DNA of 64,000 nt from Paraspadella gotoi (lineage: Eukaryota; Animalia; Chaetognatha): assembly GCA_051294375.1 (NCBI GenBank), contig CM119265.1, forward strand, positions 27,100,517-27,164,516, in the 5' to 3' direction. The notes below the pieces were generated by a model that saw only the letters and a program-made list of their open reading frames with translations, was not told the DNA's origin and did no database searches. Below are positions 47,736 through 59,600 of the stretch, one piece after another. The translations under genes were made by a program, and so were the position numbers. Numbering within the stretch: position 1 is the first letter of the stretch; each line of letters opens with the position of its first letter.

Positions 47736-50700
47736 AAAGCTAATGTTAAAGAGAGAAAATTGTTGATTATTAAAAATCGCTGAAGAAGACTCTTAATAAA
47801 GAGTTGAAACTTGTCCGATTATATCCAATAATAAATCGTTGTTGACCTTAAAAACTGTTTTTCCTAATTTACAAACACAACGAAAAGAAAGAATCATAAC
47901 AAGAACTGATTTGAATTCGCTGTAAAAAACTAAGAAACTTTTATAAAATATGTTATATGATATTTTAATGTTTAGATCACAAAAAATGACAAACGTTTTA
48001 ACATATATAAGTTTCTACTACAGAGAATAAAAAAGTCAGGAATTTTCACCTTTTTTCTTATTTTAAACATTGAAGATGATAGAATTTTTGATAACATGTT
48101 TTATATTTTTGATTCAACTTTTTTTGAAGAATCTGAATCTTTATTAAAATTTAAAAAAAAAATATTTTTAAAATTTACTATTTATAAGAATATTACTACA
48201 AATATATTATATTTTACTATTCTGTTCCCGAGATAATATGAACAAAATATTTTTTGTACTAGTTAATCATGCTATCTCACATCTAAATATCATTGTTCGA
48301 TCATTCAAATAATTTTTTTGTTCTTGAGTGCTCCACTCTAATGGGCACTCAATTTTTTACATACCTTTTTTAGTTATTGGGACCTGTTTAAATTTATTTT
48401 CATTACAAAGATTGTCACCTAATTTTTGTTTAGATTTAAAACAGGTATTAATGACTTATTACTAGGGACCAACTCCAAAGATAATATAAAATTTTGACTA
48501 TTAGTAGCCATAGCCGATGAAATTTAAATGCTAATGTATACAACGTTAAAATAATCTATCATGAGCATTGATTATAGTATTAAAATATTTTTTTTCAAAA
48601 ATTATTTTTTTTGAGTGTACTCGACGAATTAAAATTATTATATTACTATTATTATATGTAAAAAAAAGAAAAATTTTGAAATATTAAAATTTTTTAATAG
48701 ATTCTGATGGAGCATAAAAAGTTAAACAAGAAATATAATTACAGCTTTTAAAAATTCTTACGTTTTCGTAATAAAAATTAAAAAAAACTGATAAAATCNN
48801 NNNNNNNNAATTAAAAAAAAATGATAAAATCATCAAAAGATGATGATGATAACAATTTTTTATGGTTTTTCTTATTTTTGTAACGCTAACTTATCATAAA
48901 AATATTTAAAAATGAATTATACTTCGTGTAGACAACTTTTTATTTAGCTATCTGAATCTGGTCTTAAAATTTAAAAATTCTAAAAGAAATTTTGGCCTTT
49001 CCTACCTATAAATAAATATTAAAAAAATAATTACTAGGGTATAGAGCCATATTATAAATTTTTTGTCCATTGAAAGTATTCTTAAAAATGTCTCAATATT
49101 CGTTTGAGCATGTACTCTCTCTAAATTTTTGACTCTCCCCATTGACTGGGGCTACCCCTATTATTACTTGGGCACCATCGTAACTGATGTGAGATTCCCG
49201 GAATGTAGGGGATACAAGGAAATGGTCTAAAATCTATGTGTAGGTTAACATTTCGGAAGGGAAGGACGTCAAGCAAGTTCTCTGGTATGTCTGAGTCATT
49301 GTGACTTTTAGGGGTGATGGTTGCATTTTGTGTAATGGCTCGTATTTTTTTATCCAAATTTTTAACTTCTGGTGGTTCTTGCTGTTTCTTCAAAGTTTAA
49401 ACGGTTATGTCCGTTATCTTCTTAAAGTTTAATGGGGAGTTGGATTTCCCTTTCTATATGTTTAGGGCTTTTGCCCTTTATTTTGTTTTATTTTTTTATT
49501 TTGTTGTATCCTTTTTTGACCTGTTAGTTGACCTAAACTGATGTGTACTTACACTCTCTATGGAAACAGCCAGGTTGCCTGTGATGCCCATTGGGATGGG
49601 GAATCTTACTGTTGGCTTTGGGGGCTTCCCACCCTCAGTGACGGTTCCTGTCACTGGCGCGGTTACCCAAGGACGGTCTCGCTTTGCCAACGCAGAGGGA
49701 AGTCGTCAGGACTGTGGATGGAACGCAACGCTTGGGATGGTGCGTTCCCCTCTGATCCAATGGGTTTGGCTGAATGATGGTGGATGTGAGGCGGTGTGAA
49801 TATACCGCCACATCTCTTTAATTATTTGTTTTCCACTGATGATGATATAAAAAATATTTGGCAAAAAAATTATTTGTTTTTGTACAGATATCTTTATGTC
49901 TTCATCAAAATTTAATCACGCTGTGCTTGTAATGACGTTAAAAGTTAGACAAAAAGATTGAAAAAAAAATTGAGTTTTAAAATAAAAGACGATTTTTAAG
50001 GCTTCTTTTCTCCGTTCATTGCCTCGTTAAATCATAACCAATCAATATGAAATTATGATACATAAATGATTTTAGCTTTTATTACAAAAATATCTTTCGG
50101 ATTAAAAAATATTCACAGGTTTGCAAATTATGATTTTCTTTAAGCGGCAAGTTTCGGTGTGTCACCTTGTATAACTTTAAATAATAATATCATTTCACTC
50201 GCCTGTCCCTCTACTTCGCAGATGCACCAACGAGAGCAGTCGTAGCCAAAGTTGGCGGGATTAGTGGCCTCCTGGATCGCTTCTCTCTTTAGCATTTTCG
50301 GAGTTTTTCCTTTGAAATGAGAGATGATTTTAAGAGTTGTAGAGGTATATAATACGTTTTATCGGCAGATAAAATAACGAAGAGATCAGAGAGACATTCA
50401 ATTTACAAGATAATGAATGAGGCTGAATAAAGAAAGCGCTGTACTTATTAACGAAGAGGGAGAGTAAGAGTGATCGAGAAAGAGAGATCAGTACATAACC
50501 GGCTTCCTTCGCGACCACTATTAAACAGAGTGGCCAACTTGGGTCAAACCCGTGATGGCGAAATCGTGTTCAACACAGGGTGAAAATAGAATAAAATAAA
50601 TAAAATTTAAATTTGTATTAACTTATTTATTATCAAATTACCACAAGAAAAGTAGCTGTGACTAAATACCCTCAGACTAGAATGAAGAAGCAAAGCATTT

Positions 50701-51075
50701 CACACACCCACCTCCTCCACTCACCTAATATCTTCTTGATGTGGTCGTGAATCTGCTCGCGACTCTTGCCGTAGCAGTCGACGAGGACGGCCTGTTCCAA
50801 AGTGGTTATCGGGTCATGAAGGAAGAACTTGACCCAGGGAGATGGAGTCACTGATTTGATGACATTGATTTGGACGTTGGGATTTCGATATTGGATCTGG
50901 AAAAAGCGGAAAAAAGAGAATTGAAATCGTCTGCTTCGTCTCGGGGTTTTATTTTTCCGATGCTTGTCCCAGTGTCCCGCGTTTAGCATTCAATGCGCAT
51001 TGTCTTTCATCGCCTCTTTTCTCTCGGTGGCTTCTTCTTTCTTCGCGTATTGTCTGAGTCATGTCCTTTGTTTAT

Positions 51076-51139
<64 letters not shown>

Positions 51140-51329
51140 CCTGAGGCAATGACCAAATGCAGAATTGCTTCAAGCCCTCGCTTGTGGGCTGAGCGTCGTT
51201 GAAATGAGCCAAGACAACCTGGACGGCGTTACGGAGGAAGAGGGGCTCCGCCTCCAAGTATTTCGTCGTCTGGATGAGAGGCGTGGGGCCCAGCTTCCAA
51301 CGGAAGAGTGAGAGCGAGAGCCGCACCAT
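34592..51329 (-). CDS. MRPS25: Mitochondrial ribosomal protein mS25, 4 exons (51329-51141, 50896-50725, 50309-50203, 34840-34592)
   Basis: LPQ|IQYRNPNVQI...TPSPWVKFFL...VLVDC...IKKILG|KT...NPANFGYDCSRWCICEVEGQ|VPCP. The conserved CICEVEGQVPCP motif is split by a 15.4-kb GC-AG intron, and all exon phases match. Confidence 0.92.
37370..39166. mobile_element. Helentron-associated (HINE/DINE-like) non-autonomous element with a second such element nested at ~37407-38205; related copy at ~8390-9465
   Basis: Outer family: subterminal ATCGTCGCAA, internal GAAA-rich microsatellite, 3' hairpin ATCGTCGCAA...TTGCGACGAT. Inner family: GTCGGATCTGC, 18-bp tandem TTTGGTCAACTGGCATA(A/G), GGAC microsatellite, 3' hairpin AGTCGGAATCTGC...GCAGATCCGACT. 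No TSD; inserted in an A-run. Confidence 0.65.
41923..42162 (-). mobile_element. tRNA-derived SINE-like repeat, ~240 bp; other copies at ~30235-30470, ~42405-42620, ~51494-51666
   Basis: Four clearly similar copies (ataagcagtccctgagcttcggatcaggctgt...ggcgggttaagcgccccgtccctcttaactgc). The minus strand has A-box-like AGCGGCCATTTGG and B-box-like GGTTCTAAGCC about 40-50 nt apart. Confidence 0.65.
43114..44180 (-). pseudogene. XK-related (scramblase family) membrane protein gene nested in MRPS25 intron 3; disrupted reading frame
   Basis: MKVPTLLFLSTLVSFVDVLTDF (DxxTD in TM1), LLESFPQIILH (ESxPQ motif), QLIISFSFSVVGL. Frame breaks near 43695 and 43515; AT-rich codons. Possible further exons at ~40745-39850. 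Confidence 0.6.
44560..45177. mobile_element. AT-rich MITE-like element; relatives at ~1960-2300, ~31250-31700, ~41120-41690, ~48600-49080
   Basis: Short terminal inverted repeats GTAAGGCGGG / CCCGCCTTAC. Internal inverted GATTCTGATA(G)AG / CTCTATCAGAAT motifs and (ATG)n shared among copies. Confidence 0.5.
45876..45922 (-). ncRNA. Second hammerhead copy in the sense-orientation 3' pLTR, with stem II mismatches
   Basis: Minus strand reads aaatcg-CTGAAGA-agactcttaataaagtatt-GAAA-ctt-GTC-cgactt. Confidence 0.7.
47775..47820 (+). ncRNA. Minimal type I hammerhead ribozyme in the inverted pLTR
   Basis: AATCG-CTGAAGA-a-GACTCTT-aata-AAGAGTT-GAAA-c-tt-GTC-CGATT: conserved core, stem II, very short stem III, GUC cleavage triplet, stem I AATCG/CGATT. 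Confidence 0.8.
48799..48808. other. Assembly gap (10 N)
   Basis: Run of n with similar sequence on both sides (aattaaaaaaaa.tgataaaatc). Confidence 0.99.
49150..49540 (-). mobile_element. Fragment of a second Penelope-like element (RT-EN linker region)
   Basis: ORF 49121-49393 contains CIPYIPGISHQLR, resembling the (L/I)PY..G.S..L linker between RT and GIY-YIG in PLEs. Confidence 0.5.
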
Positions 51330-51333
51330 CTTC

Positions 51334-52473
51334 TTAACTGGCCAATTTGGGCGTGCGCCTATGTGTCAGGCAGACGGAGAAAATATAAAGAGTGGTGGTA
51401 TAATATTACCAAAATAATCAGAAGAGAATTGAAAATTTTAGTAAATTTTATTCCACATAAATTAAAATTGAATTTAAATTGCATTAAAATTAAAGAGACA
51501 GAATAATTGTTATGAGTTATGAGAATAGAACCGTTCGATATAAGCAGTGCCTGAGCATCGGATCAGGCTGTGACTCCATTTCACAGGCGGGTTAAACGCC
51601 CCGTCCATCTTAACTGCTAGGCGGCCCCCGGGCTAGAACCCCGGACCTTTGCCTCCTGCACCAAATGAACGACACCAGAATAACAACATGTAATTTAATA
51701 AAGAAACGCCAGCCTCTCTTTCCTCTCACTTGATGATTTTCCTCCAGAGAACGGCTCGTCCGCCGGGAGTCTTGAGTCGCGTGGCGAAACCGTGTTTCGT
51801 GCGGCGCTTCTTCGCGTCGGGTCGGTAGGTCCGCGGGTGGTTGAGGCGCTTCGGCGGCGTCGACGAAGAGTTAGGGGGGGAGAGAAATTCGCGAACCTAA
51901 AGAATGGACAGAGTTGGGGGGGGGGGATAAATGACGGGGGAGAGAAGTTTACTTGGAAAAGAGACGCATCGTCCCTCTCACAGGATAATAACATATCATG
52001 ACCCAGCAAGTTTTCAGTCAAGACTCTCTCAGTCTCGATAATTCATTCGAAGAGTCCCTATTAATAAAGTGGTATAATATTTCAAAGATCGTTTCAATTT
52101 TATAAAAGGACCGCTTTCATACTTTTTTAATCACGTGATCGTAGGAAATTGCGTTCTCTTATGAAAGTGACTGCGGCGCAAGACCCGAAACATGCCGGTT
52201 CATGTTTCTTCAATCTTCATACAGAAGAGCAAACTTACTTACTTAAGAAATGAATCAATAACTTACCCTAGAAACTATCGAGACGGAGGGCGTAGCGAGT
52301 GCGGAGAAGGATCTCCTCGATCCGCAGGTGAAGGGAGAAGCGAAGAAGGGAGAGAATAGGGAGTTGAAAACGAGAGAGCGAGAGACGACCGAGGACGAGG
52401 AGGCGAAGGCGGAAGCGCGTCCAACGGAGGCGAATCGGAACAGCGACGTCAATCGCGACGTCAAGAGCGACAT
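51334..52473 (-). CDS. MRPL34: Mitochondrial ribosomal protein bL34m, 3 exons (52473-52267, 51896-51730, 51358-51334), about 132 aa; not captured as such by the ORF track
   Basis: Exon 1 is a Ser/Arg-rich, acid-free mitochondrial presequence. Exon 2 contains RTYRPDAKKRRTKHGFATRLKTPGGRAVLWRKIIK (L34 signature). Exon 3 adds RTPKLAS-TAA. Phases 0 and 2 match GT-AG sites. Confidence 0.88.
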
Positions 52474-53493
52474 GACGATTTCATGACGTTAGATATCTTG
52501 ATTTTTTTTTTTTAGGTTTGACTGCTTGAGGTGGGAAGAAGAAAAAAAGAAGGCTCGATATATTTCATTCGTGGCGATGATACCAGTCGAACAGGCTAAC
52601 TCGTTTTCACGTTTTTTACGTTACGTACGAAGAAGTAAATAATTCTATCTCGAGTTGCGATAATAACCAGACAGACAAAAGAATTAATTTATTAAGATAT
52701 TTTTTGGGGGGCTATCTTGACGACCGCCCGAACGATTAGCTAAAATAAAATTAACGGGTATTTCATCTCCTCAGTGGACGGCGAAAGCAAAACGACGCGG
52801 GTTCTCAAAATGAAGCATCGAATCGGTCGCAGAGAACCCGGACAACCCCGGGCTTTTTTCGGAGCGCACGAGAACAAATCCGCCAATTTTCAATAAGGCT
52901 TATTGACCGTACAAAAAACGTAGCATCGGGGGGAATAAAATACGTAAGTTATAACCCCGACCCGCAAACAAAACACGAAACAAAACACTTATTTCGGAGC
53001 GGATCTTACACCCAGTGATTAATTTTTTGAAAGTTATTAGCAATTACCGTAAGTGTAGGACATGTAACGACCTCGGAAGGAAATGTAAAAAGGGAATAAG
53101 TTGCTAATGTAGCGATACGAATTAACTAGTGAGAATTTTTTGTTTTGTTTTATTTTATTTTTTTTTTTTTTTGTTTATCACAACTACGATTACAAAATAC
53201 GAATACGGATATAAGTATTTGAATTTCACAGTCGTCCACGAATGGCTAAGGACGGACGAATACGACTCGCCATAAAAAGGACTAAAAAAGGTGCTTCTCT
53301 AATAAAGTAATATCTAAGAAGAGGCGAAAAAAGTTGAATTCTTTCGAAAAAAAAAGTCTGGTGCTTGTAAGCGACGACATCGACCGCAAGGATTTATTTT
53401 CAAATTTCGCTCTTTTCATCGCGACGACGGCCAAAGGGACAAAAGAGACAAATTGTCGATGTGAATTGAATGCGAAAACACAAACGGAGAGGG

Positions 53494-53599
<106 letters not shown>

Positions 53600-53617
53600 A
53601 AAAAAAGGAGCCTGCTA

Positions 53618-56600
53618 TCACATGGGAAAAGCAGTTCGACCGCCGGCGGCTGCAGTCGCCTGATCCGCCTGATGTTTCTCCTCGAACTCGGACCAGGCGT
53701 CGTTGAGTTCCATGAAGACCAACTTGGCCTGCTTCTCCTCCGGGCTCCCGGTGAGCTTGTCCGGGTGGACGCAGAGGCAGGCCTTGCGATACCACTTCTT
53801 GACGTCGTTGTAGGCGACGAGCTGATGCATCCCCGGACTCTTCCACTTGACCTCTCCGTCCCAGAGGACCGTGTGGAGGGTTGAGAGAAGAGCGCGGATG
53901 TTGCGTTCTTTTCCTTCAGTCCAGTCGCGGACCTTGAGCACGTCGGGATCCACCGACTTGGCCAGCTCTGCTCTACGCATGTCCCTCATGGTTTTTGGCG
54001 TCTGATCCTTGGGCGCCTTGTTGAAGCCCTGTTGGCCAAGGAGGTCGCCGAAAAGCTCGCTCCTTTTAGTCCTGGGTTGTGCGGGCTGCCCATTGGCCGC
54101 GGCGTTGGCGTTTCCGCCCTTGGAGACGCCGCTGAGGTCGACATTGTAGTTTGCTTTCTTGTTAGCGGGCTCTTTGAAATTGGGCGCGCCGCTGGCGGCG
54201 GCGGAAAACCCTGCGGCGGCTGGGCCGCCGATTTTTGAAGGCGTCATCGGCGCGGAAGTCTTTTTCGTGGGATTCCAAGACCCGAAAGAGTTGGCGCCGG
54301 ATTTGACACCACCGGCGCCGGCGCCAACTTCGCCGACGTTCAGTCCGCCTAGCGACTCAAAAGGATCGTAAGCGTTCGACGCCGCTTTGCCGCATCCGTT
54401 GACCCGAGCGGAGGGCGATTCCCGCCCGACCGGCGTCTCTCGACCGACCGGCGTCGATGCGCCGGAAGTCGATTTGAGCACGGGAATCTCCGCCGCCAAG
54501 TCGCCGAGGCTGTCGAAGACGTCGATCTTGGCGCCGGTGGAGATGAGCGACGTCGCCGGAGGAGGCGGCGCTGAATCGGAATCAAAGATGCCGAAGGGAT
54601 CGTCCGCGGGCGCGGCGTCCGACTTAGGCGGAGCGCAATCCGCTAAAAGAATCTCGTCCGCTTCGTCGTCGTCGTCGTCGTCTTCGGCGTCTCGGTGATT
54701 CGTCGCCGCGGGGGTCGCGTTCGTCTCGACGGCGTCGGACAATCCTGACAGCAGATGGAATAGGAATGCAATGAGTTGGCCCGTCTCCGCGCAATGGTCG
54801 ACTTTCTGGCAAACGAACCCAACAAATCGGCGTCCTTCTCTTCTTCGGCGAAATGGGATTCGAAGGCGGGAAATTGCGCGGGTCGTTCGAGGATCGACGT
54901 CGCGTCCGGTTGAACCCGTTGAGACGTCTCCGCCTTTAACAAAAAAAAAAAAAGGATTAATTTATAAAACGAAAGATAAAAAGAAGTAAATATTTAGTTT
55001 AAAATCCATTTTTGGACAAAGTTCACACACACGCACGCACACACACACCTTGGTCGTGCTTCGCTCGGAGGAAAAGACGTCGAATTCGACGTCAAAAGAA
55101 TCTAAAACTGGAATGTCTTGAAGGAGCGGGGCCGGTTTAGGGGTGGAACCCGGAGCGGCTTCAGCTGGCGGAGCGGCTGTTCGAGATGAGAAGAGAAAAA
55201 GGGAAAAGCGATGAGGAAAATATCCTTAATTAACTAATTATTAATTTCTTGCACCAACTTTTAGGAACGGGCGGCCGAGGAGGCTTCGGTTTGGGAGGAG
55301 TTTCGTCGGAATAAGGCGTCGTCGCCATGTAGCGCTGCATCACCATGTCCAGCTCTTCGTCCGTTGAAAAACAAATCTAATGAACAAAACAAAAATATAT
55401 AAACATTAAAAAAATATGAAATTTAGAGGACTAAACTGACCTTCGGCATCGTCTTGGACGGATCGAAGCTCTTCCACGGCGCCCGATCCCCCGGCGGTGA
55501 TGCGGGCGGCGTCCTCGACGGCGACGGCGGAGAGATTTCCAGCGTGAGGTGAGTGTGGTCGGGGATTCGCTCCTCTGCCTCCAGGATGTCGAGATCCTCG
55601 CGGGCGAAGAACATCTCGCCCACGACCGATTCCAAGAAGCCCGTGTGGAACGCGGCTTGGACCAGCCTTTTCGAAGAGGGGAAATGGGGCAGGGTCAATG
55701 TCAAGAATAACGGAGAGGCTCGACCTCGAGCCCTCAAAACCTCATCGATCCTTCTTTACCTGACGGAAGTAAGTTTCCCCTGCACCTTCCCGCCGAAGGT
55801 GGACCGGGCGTGATAGACGACGACGACGACGTCGCCGGCGACGGAGACGTTGAGGGGAATCGTGATCTGAGCGTCGTCCGACGAGTAGCCCTTTTTGGTG
55901 GACGAAGTAGTTGGGCGGGACCGGAAGGGCGGAAGAGAGAGAGAGAGAGAAAGAGAATTTCTATGTGACGTTCGTGTCGATAAAAAGATATCGTATTCAA
56001 CGGTCGATTATATATCAAGAGCACAGGGTTGGTGTCTTTTTTTCGGTTCGGTTTCGCTTGAGTATTCGAGAGAATTTTATTAACGCGTTTTAAACGAGAT
56101 GGGGGGAAAATTCTAACGATCGGTCATAGTTCCGCGTGTGTTAACTCGAGTATTCGGAATACATATTTAATAATTAAGTTTTATAACGAATTAATATTTA
56201 ATAGAAAACTGACCTGCATTTTCTCGTACTCGATCGAAGTGGAAAGGACTTTCTCGTCGTTGACGTAGACTTCGGCGAAGGGCGTGCATCCGCTGCGTTT
56301 CTGGTTGACTAGAGGAACCGGCGCCAAAAAAAGGGATTTCAGGACGATGGAGCGAGAGTGGGGCACGCCGAAACCTAGGAAGGGGGGGACGGATGGTCAA
56401 TTAAGTCAAGTACCATATTAGGAAACTAAAAATATAATTTTTGCTCTTAAAATTTCCTTAACAATTATACCTGGAGATTCGGGACTGCTTCTGAAACCGG
56501 GATCCGACAATTCTTCGACTCTTTGTCGCACGATTTGGCAGACGTATTCGACGTAGCGCCGCTGAGACGCGGAAAGACCCGGGTTGCCCCGTCGATCCGT

Positions 56601-59600
56601 AAACAACCTGCCGCAAAGAAGAAGAAGAAAAGTGTTTATACCCGAATAAACTGACAAATATTCTTAGTTTTATTAATTAATTTGCGCTAAAACATGTACC
56701 ATTAATTTTTCTGTCATAAAATAAAATTTTTTGATGTCATCTTCAATCAAAAGTGAAAAAAAATCGTTTTTTCGAACTTCTAAATTAAAAAGCAAGTTTA
56801 TGTCCAACAAATAAAGAACATGTATAGTTTTATTACTCACAATTCTCCCCAAAGCCAGAATAAAGTCTTCTCATTTTCGTTTTATCTTCTTCGCCGGCAA
56901 AAAACAATACAAAACAAAAAAAAAACAACTCGAAAACCATCCCCTTAACACCCGCTTTCGACACCCGCTTTAAGATCCCCTTCAAGACCCATCAACCTGA
57001 CGGCCTGACGCTCGGACTGCACGACTCTGGCATAGGCGAGGAAGGCGGCGACGACGGTGGCGGAGACGCTCTTTCCGTCGAGACAATGGAGGACGACGAC
57101 GTGACGCGGATCCTGGTTCAGCCAGAGGGAGACGCTGCGGCAGACGGCGAAGAGCGTCGCCAGCGTCGGCGGACGCCCGCGGCTCGAGGAGCAGGCGTAT
57201 TCCGAGACGCGGTTTTCGAATTTGCCCGCGCGGTAAGAACGCTGAAGGGTGGAGAGTTGAAGGGGAAAGAAATGGATGACTCTTTTCAGCATCGTGACAT
57301 AATTCCACTTTTTTTTCTCAAACAGACGATGACCACCGTTCGGAACATTTTCCTCTCACCCCGGAGAGATTGTAAACGGCGTAGGCCCCCTTGTGGTGGG
57401 CGTCGAGGTAAGCTCTGACGTCGTCGATGTGGTGGCGAAGGGCGGACTCCACTCCCTCGGAGGGGAAGGACATCGCCAGCAACCTCGAGGTGATGTAAGA
57501 GACGTCGAGGCCTTCGGGACCTCGCCCACCCATCGAGGAGGCCACCGACTCCATCACCTTCGAAGAAGTGTCTTTGATGTTGCGTAGGAAACTGCCAGCG
57601 CCACCTGGGCGGAACGTTGGGGGCAAGTTAACATTTATATATATTTTTATATGTAAATTCATTCATTATCAAACATGTAAGAGATACATTCTTAGAATAA
57701 TATTAAATGAGATTTGAGATTGAGATTTCATCAATCTCATTTGCATATATAGTTAAATCATTTTAAGTCCAATTGATTTTTTGTACTGTAATATTTTTAG
57801 GCATATATTTGGATTTTATATTACTTTTCTATATTGTTTAGTAGTTTAATTGATTCATGGATAATTTTGTCATGATTTGATAGATTAGTTATGTCATTAA
57901 TGATTGAGAGTTTATCTCTATCCTGGCTGACCTTTTCATAACACATAAATACTTTATTATTCAAAGGTGAAATCAATGGTCAGCTTGGATCAAGGGAAGT
58001 ACTCTTCATGTTAGAGTCCCATATCTCTGAAGTCCTTGCTCAATGTATTAAGTGTTGATAGTTGTATTAAATAAACAATAATTATAATAATAAAGATAAA
58101 TTATGTTTTTATTTGTATTTAGTTATTTAGCTATTGTAATAAATCTCAGGTAAACTAGAAAGGCAGCGCGAGCACTATCACTGAAGATATAAGTAACAAA
58201 ATATATAATTCATAACCTGAGTCCCACTCCTATAAACATTTGAAGGATCCTTGAAACCGTCAACAAAATTTGTTTAATTATTATTAAATCCTTAGTTTAA
58301 AAACTATTTGGAAATGATCCATGTGGCATGACTGATTTGAATGGCTATAAAACGATAGATACCAAGTAGAATTCTTTAATCAATAATCATTATTCAGTCA
58401 AGCAAATTCTCACTTCACTTTTCACTTTGATTTTCTGCAGATTATTTTAACAGATTCCCTATATGTATTAAAATAAATAAAAATATTCTAGTTTTCCCGT
58501 TAGAATAGATTTGATAGTCAAATTCCACACTTGTCACACTTGCCACACTTGCCACACTGACCTTTCAACGAAGTCAGAAACGTTCCTCCGACCTCTTCCT
58601 GCGGCGTCTGTTGCCCCGGAACCGCGATTCGCGACGGCGCCGCGTTGACGCCGGGTTCGGCGGACGGCGTCACGGACGGCGTCGTCGGTTGCGACGGCGT
58701 CGACGCCGGCACCGACGAGGAAGGCGTCCCCGACAACGCCTGCTGCAAAACGGGGATTCCCTGGGGGTCGTTGAGGTCGGTCCCGAGGACGGAGGCCATC
58801 TCGCGGCAAGCCTCCAAGATCGGGGAAATGGCGGGGCGTTCGATGGGGTCTGATATAAATTAAAAAATTAAAAATTTCATCAAAGTTTGATAAAATTAAA
58901 GAACCAATATTTATTTTTAAAAAATAACCCATCCGCTATACTGTTTTTAACTTACCCACGCGAAACATGCGGTGGATTAGCTCGTGAAAGATCCTGTATT
59001 GCGTGTCCCCGGAAGGGATCGAATACTTGGCGTTGATGATCCTTAATTTAGCGGAATCCTCGTAAGGATGTTGTCGAAAGCACAAAAGAAAGAGAAGGCA
59101 TCCCAGAGCCCAAATGTCCTGGAAATAAACGATTCATTTCACGCTTCACGACCACAAGCTGCCAATTAAAGTCTCTTCCCTGACTTCAGTGTTTCTCATA
59201 TTGAAAATCAAACTTATTCTCCTCTCACTTGTTTTTCGTTGATAACGAAATTCATGTAAAGATCGAGGACTTCCGGCGGACGGTACATGGGCGTGGTCAC
59301 ACGAGCAATCAGGTCTTCCGTCAAAGATCGCTAAAAAAAAAACGCGATCGATTTAATTAGTTATGTCAATATAATTTAATAAATTATACAGTGGACTGGA
59401 CAATGGACATTGGACAATGCACCTGTATCGCGGTCCAACTGTAGTCGGGTTCGTAGGTCGTCGTCGTCGCTGACCCGAAATCGCAAAGTTTGATGACGCA
59501 ATTTCGCGCCAACAAAAAGTTTTCTACTTTGAGATCTCGATGAATGATAGGAGGCTTTTGGGAATGCATGTGCTCCACGGCCGAGCACATTTGGTAGAAA

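Larger units (their letters stand above)
45830..47900 (-). mobile_element. 5'-truncated Penelope-like retroelement with inverted pseudo-LTRs and GIY-YIG endonuclease remnant
   Basis: ~510-bp inverted arms (45828-46340 and 47352-47867). Core encodes LPY linker, KPKDKIP...SGAVYWVAC, SAIAEH...GH, RGIREAIYIKALEPSLNRDGG. 12-bp direct repeat AAGAACTGATTT at 45818-45829 and 47901-47912. Confidence 0.9.

Noticed and set aside
51329-52473. MRPL34-MRPS25 in-frame fusion protein
   Set aside because: A TAA and a 4-nt spacer put MRPS25 in a different frame, so fusion would need both readthrough and a frameshift.
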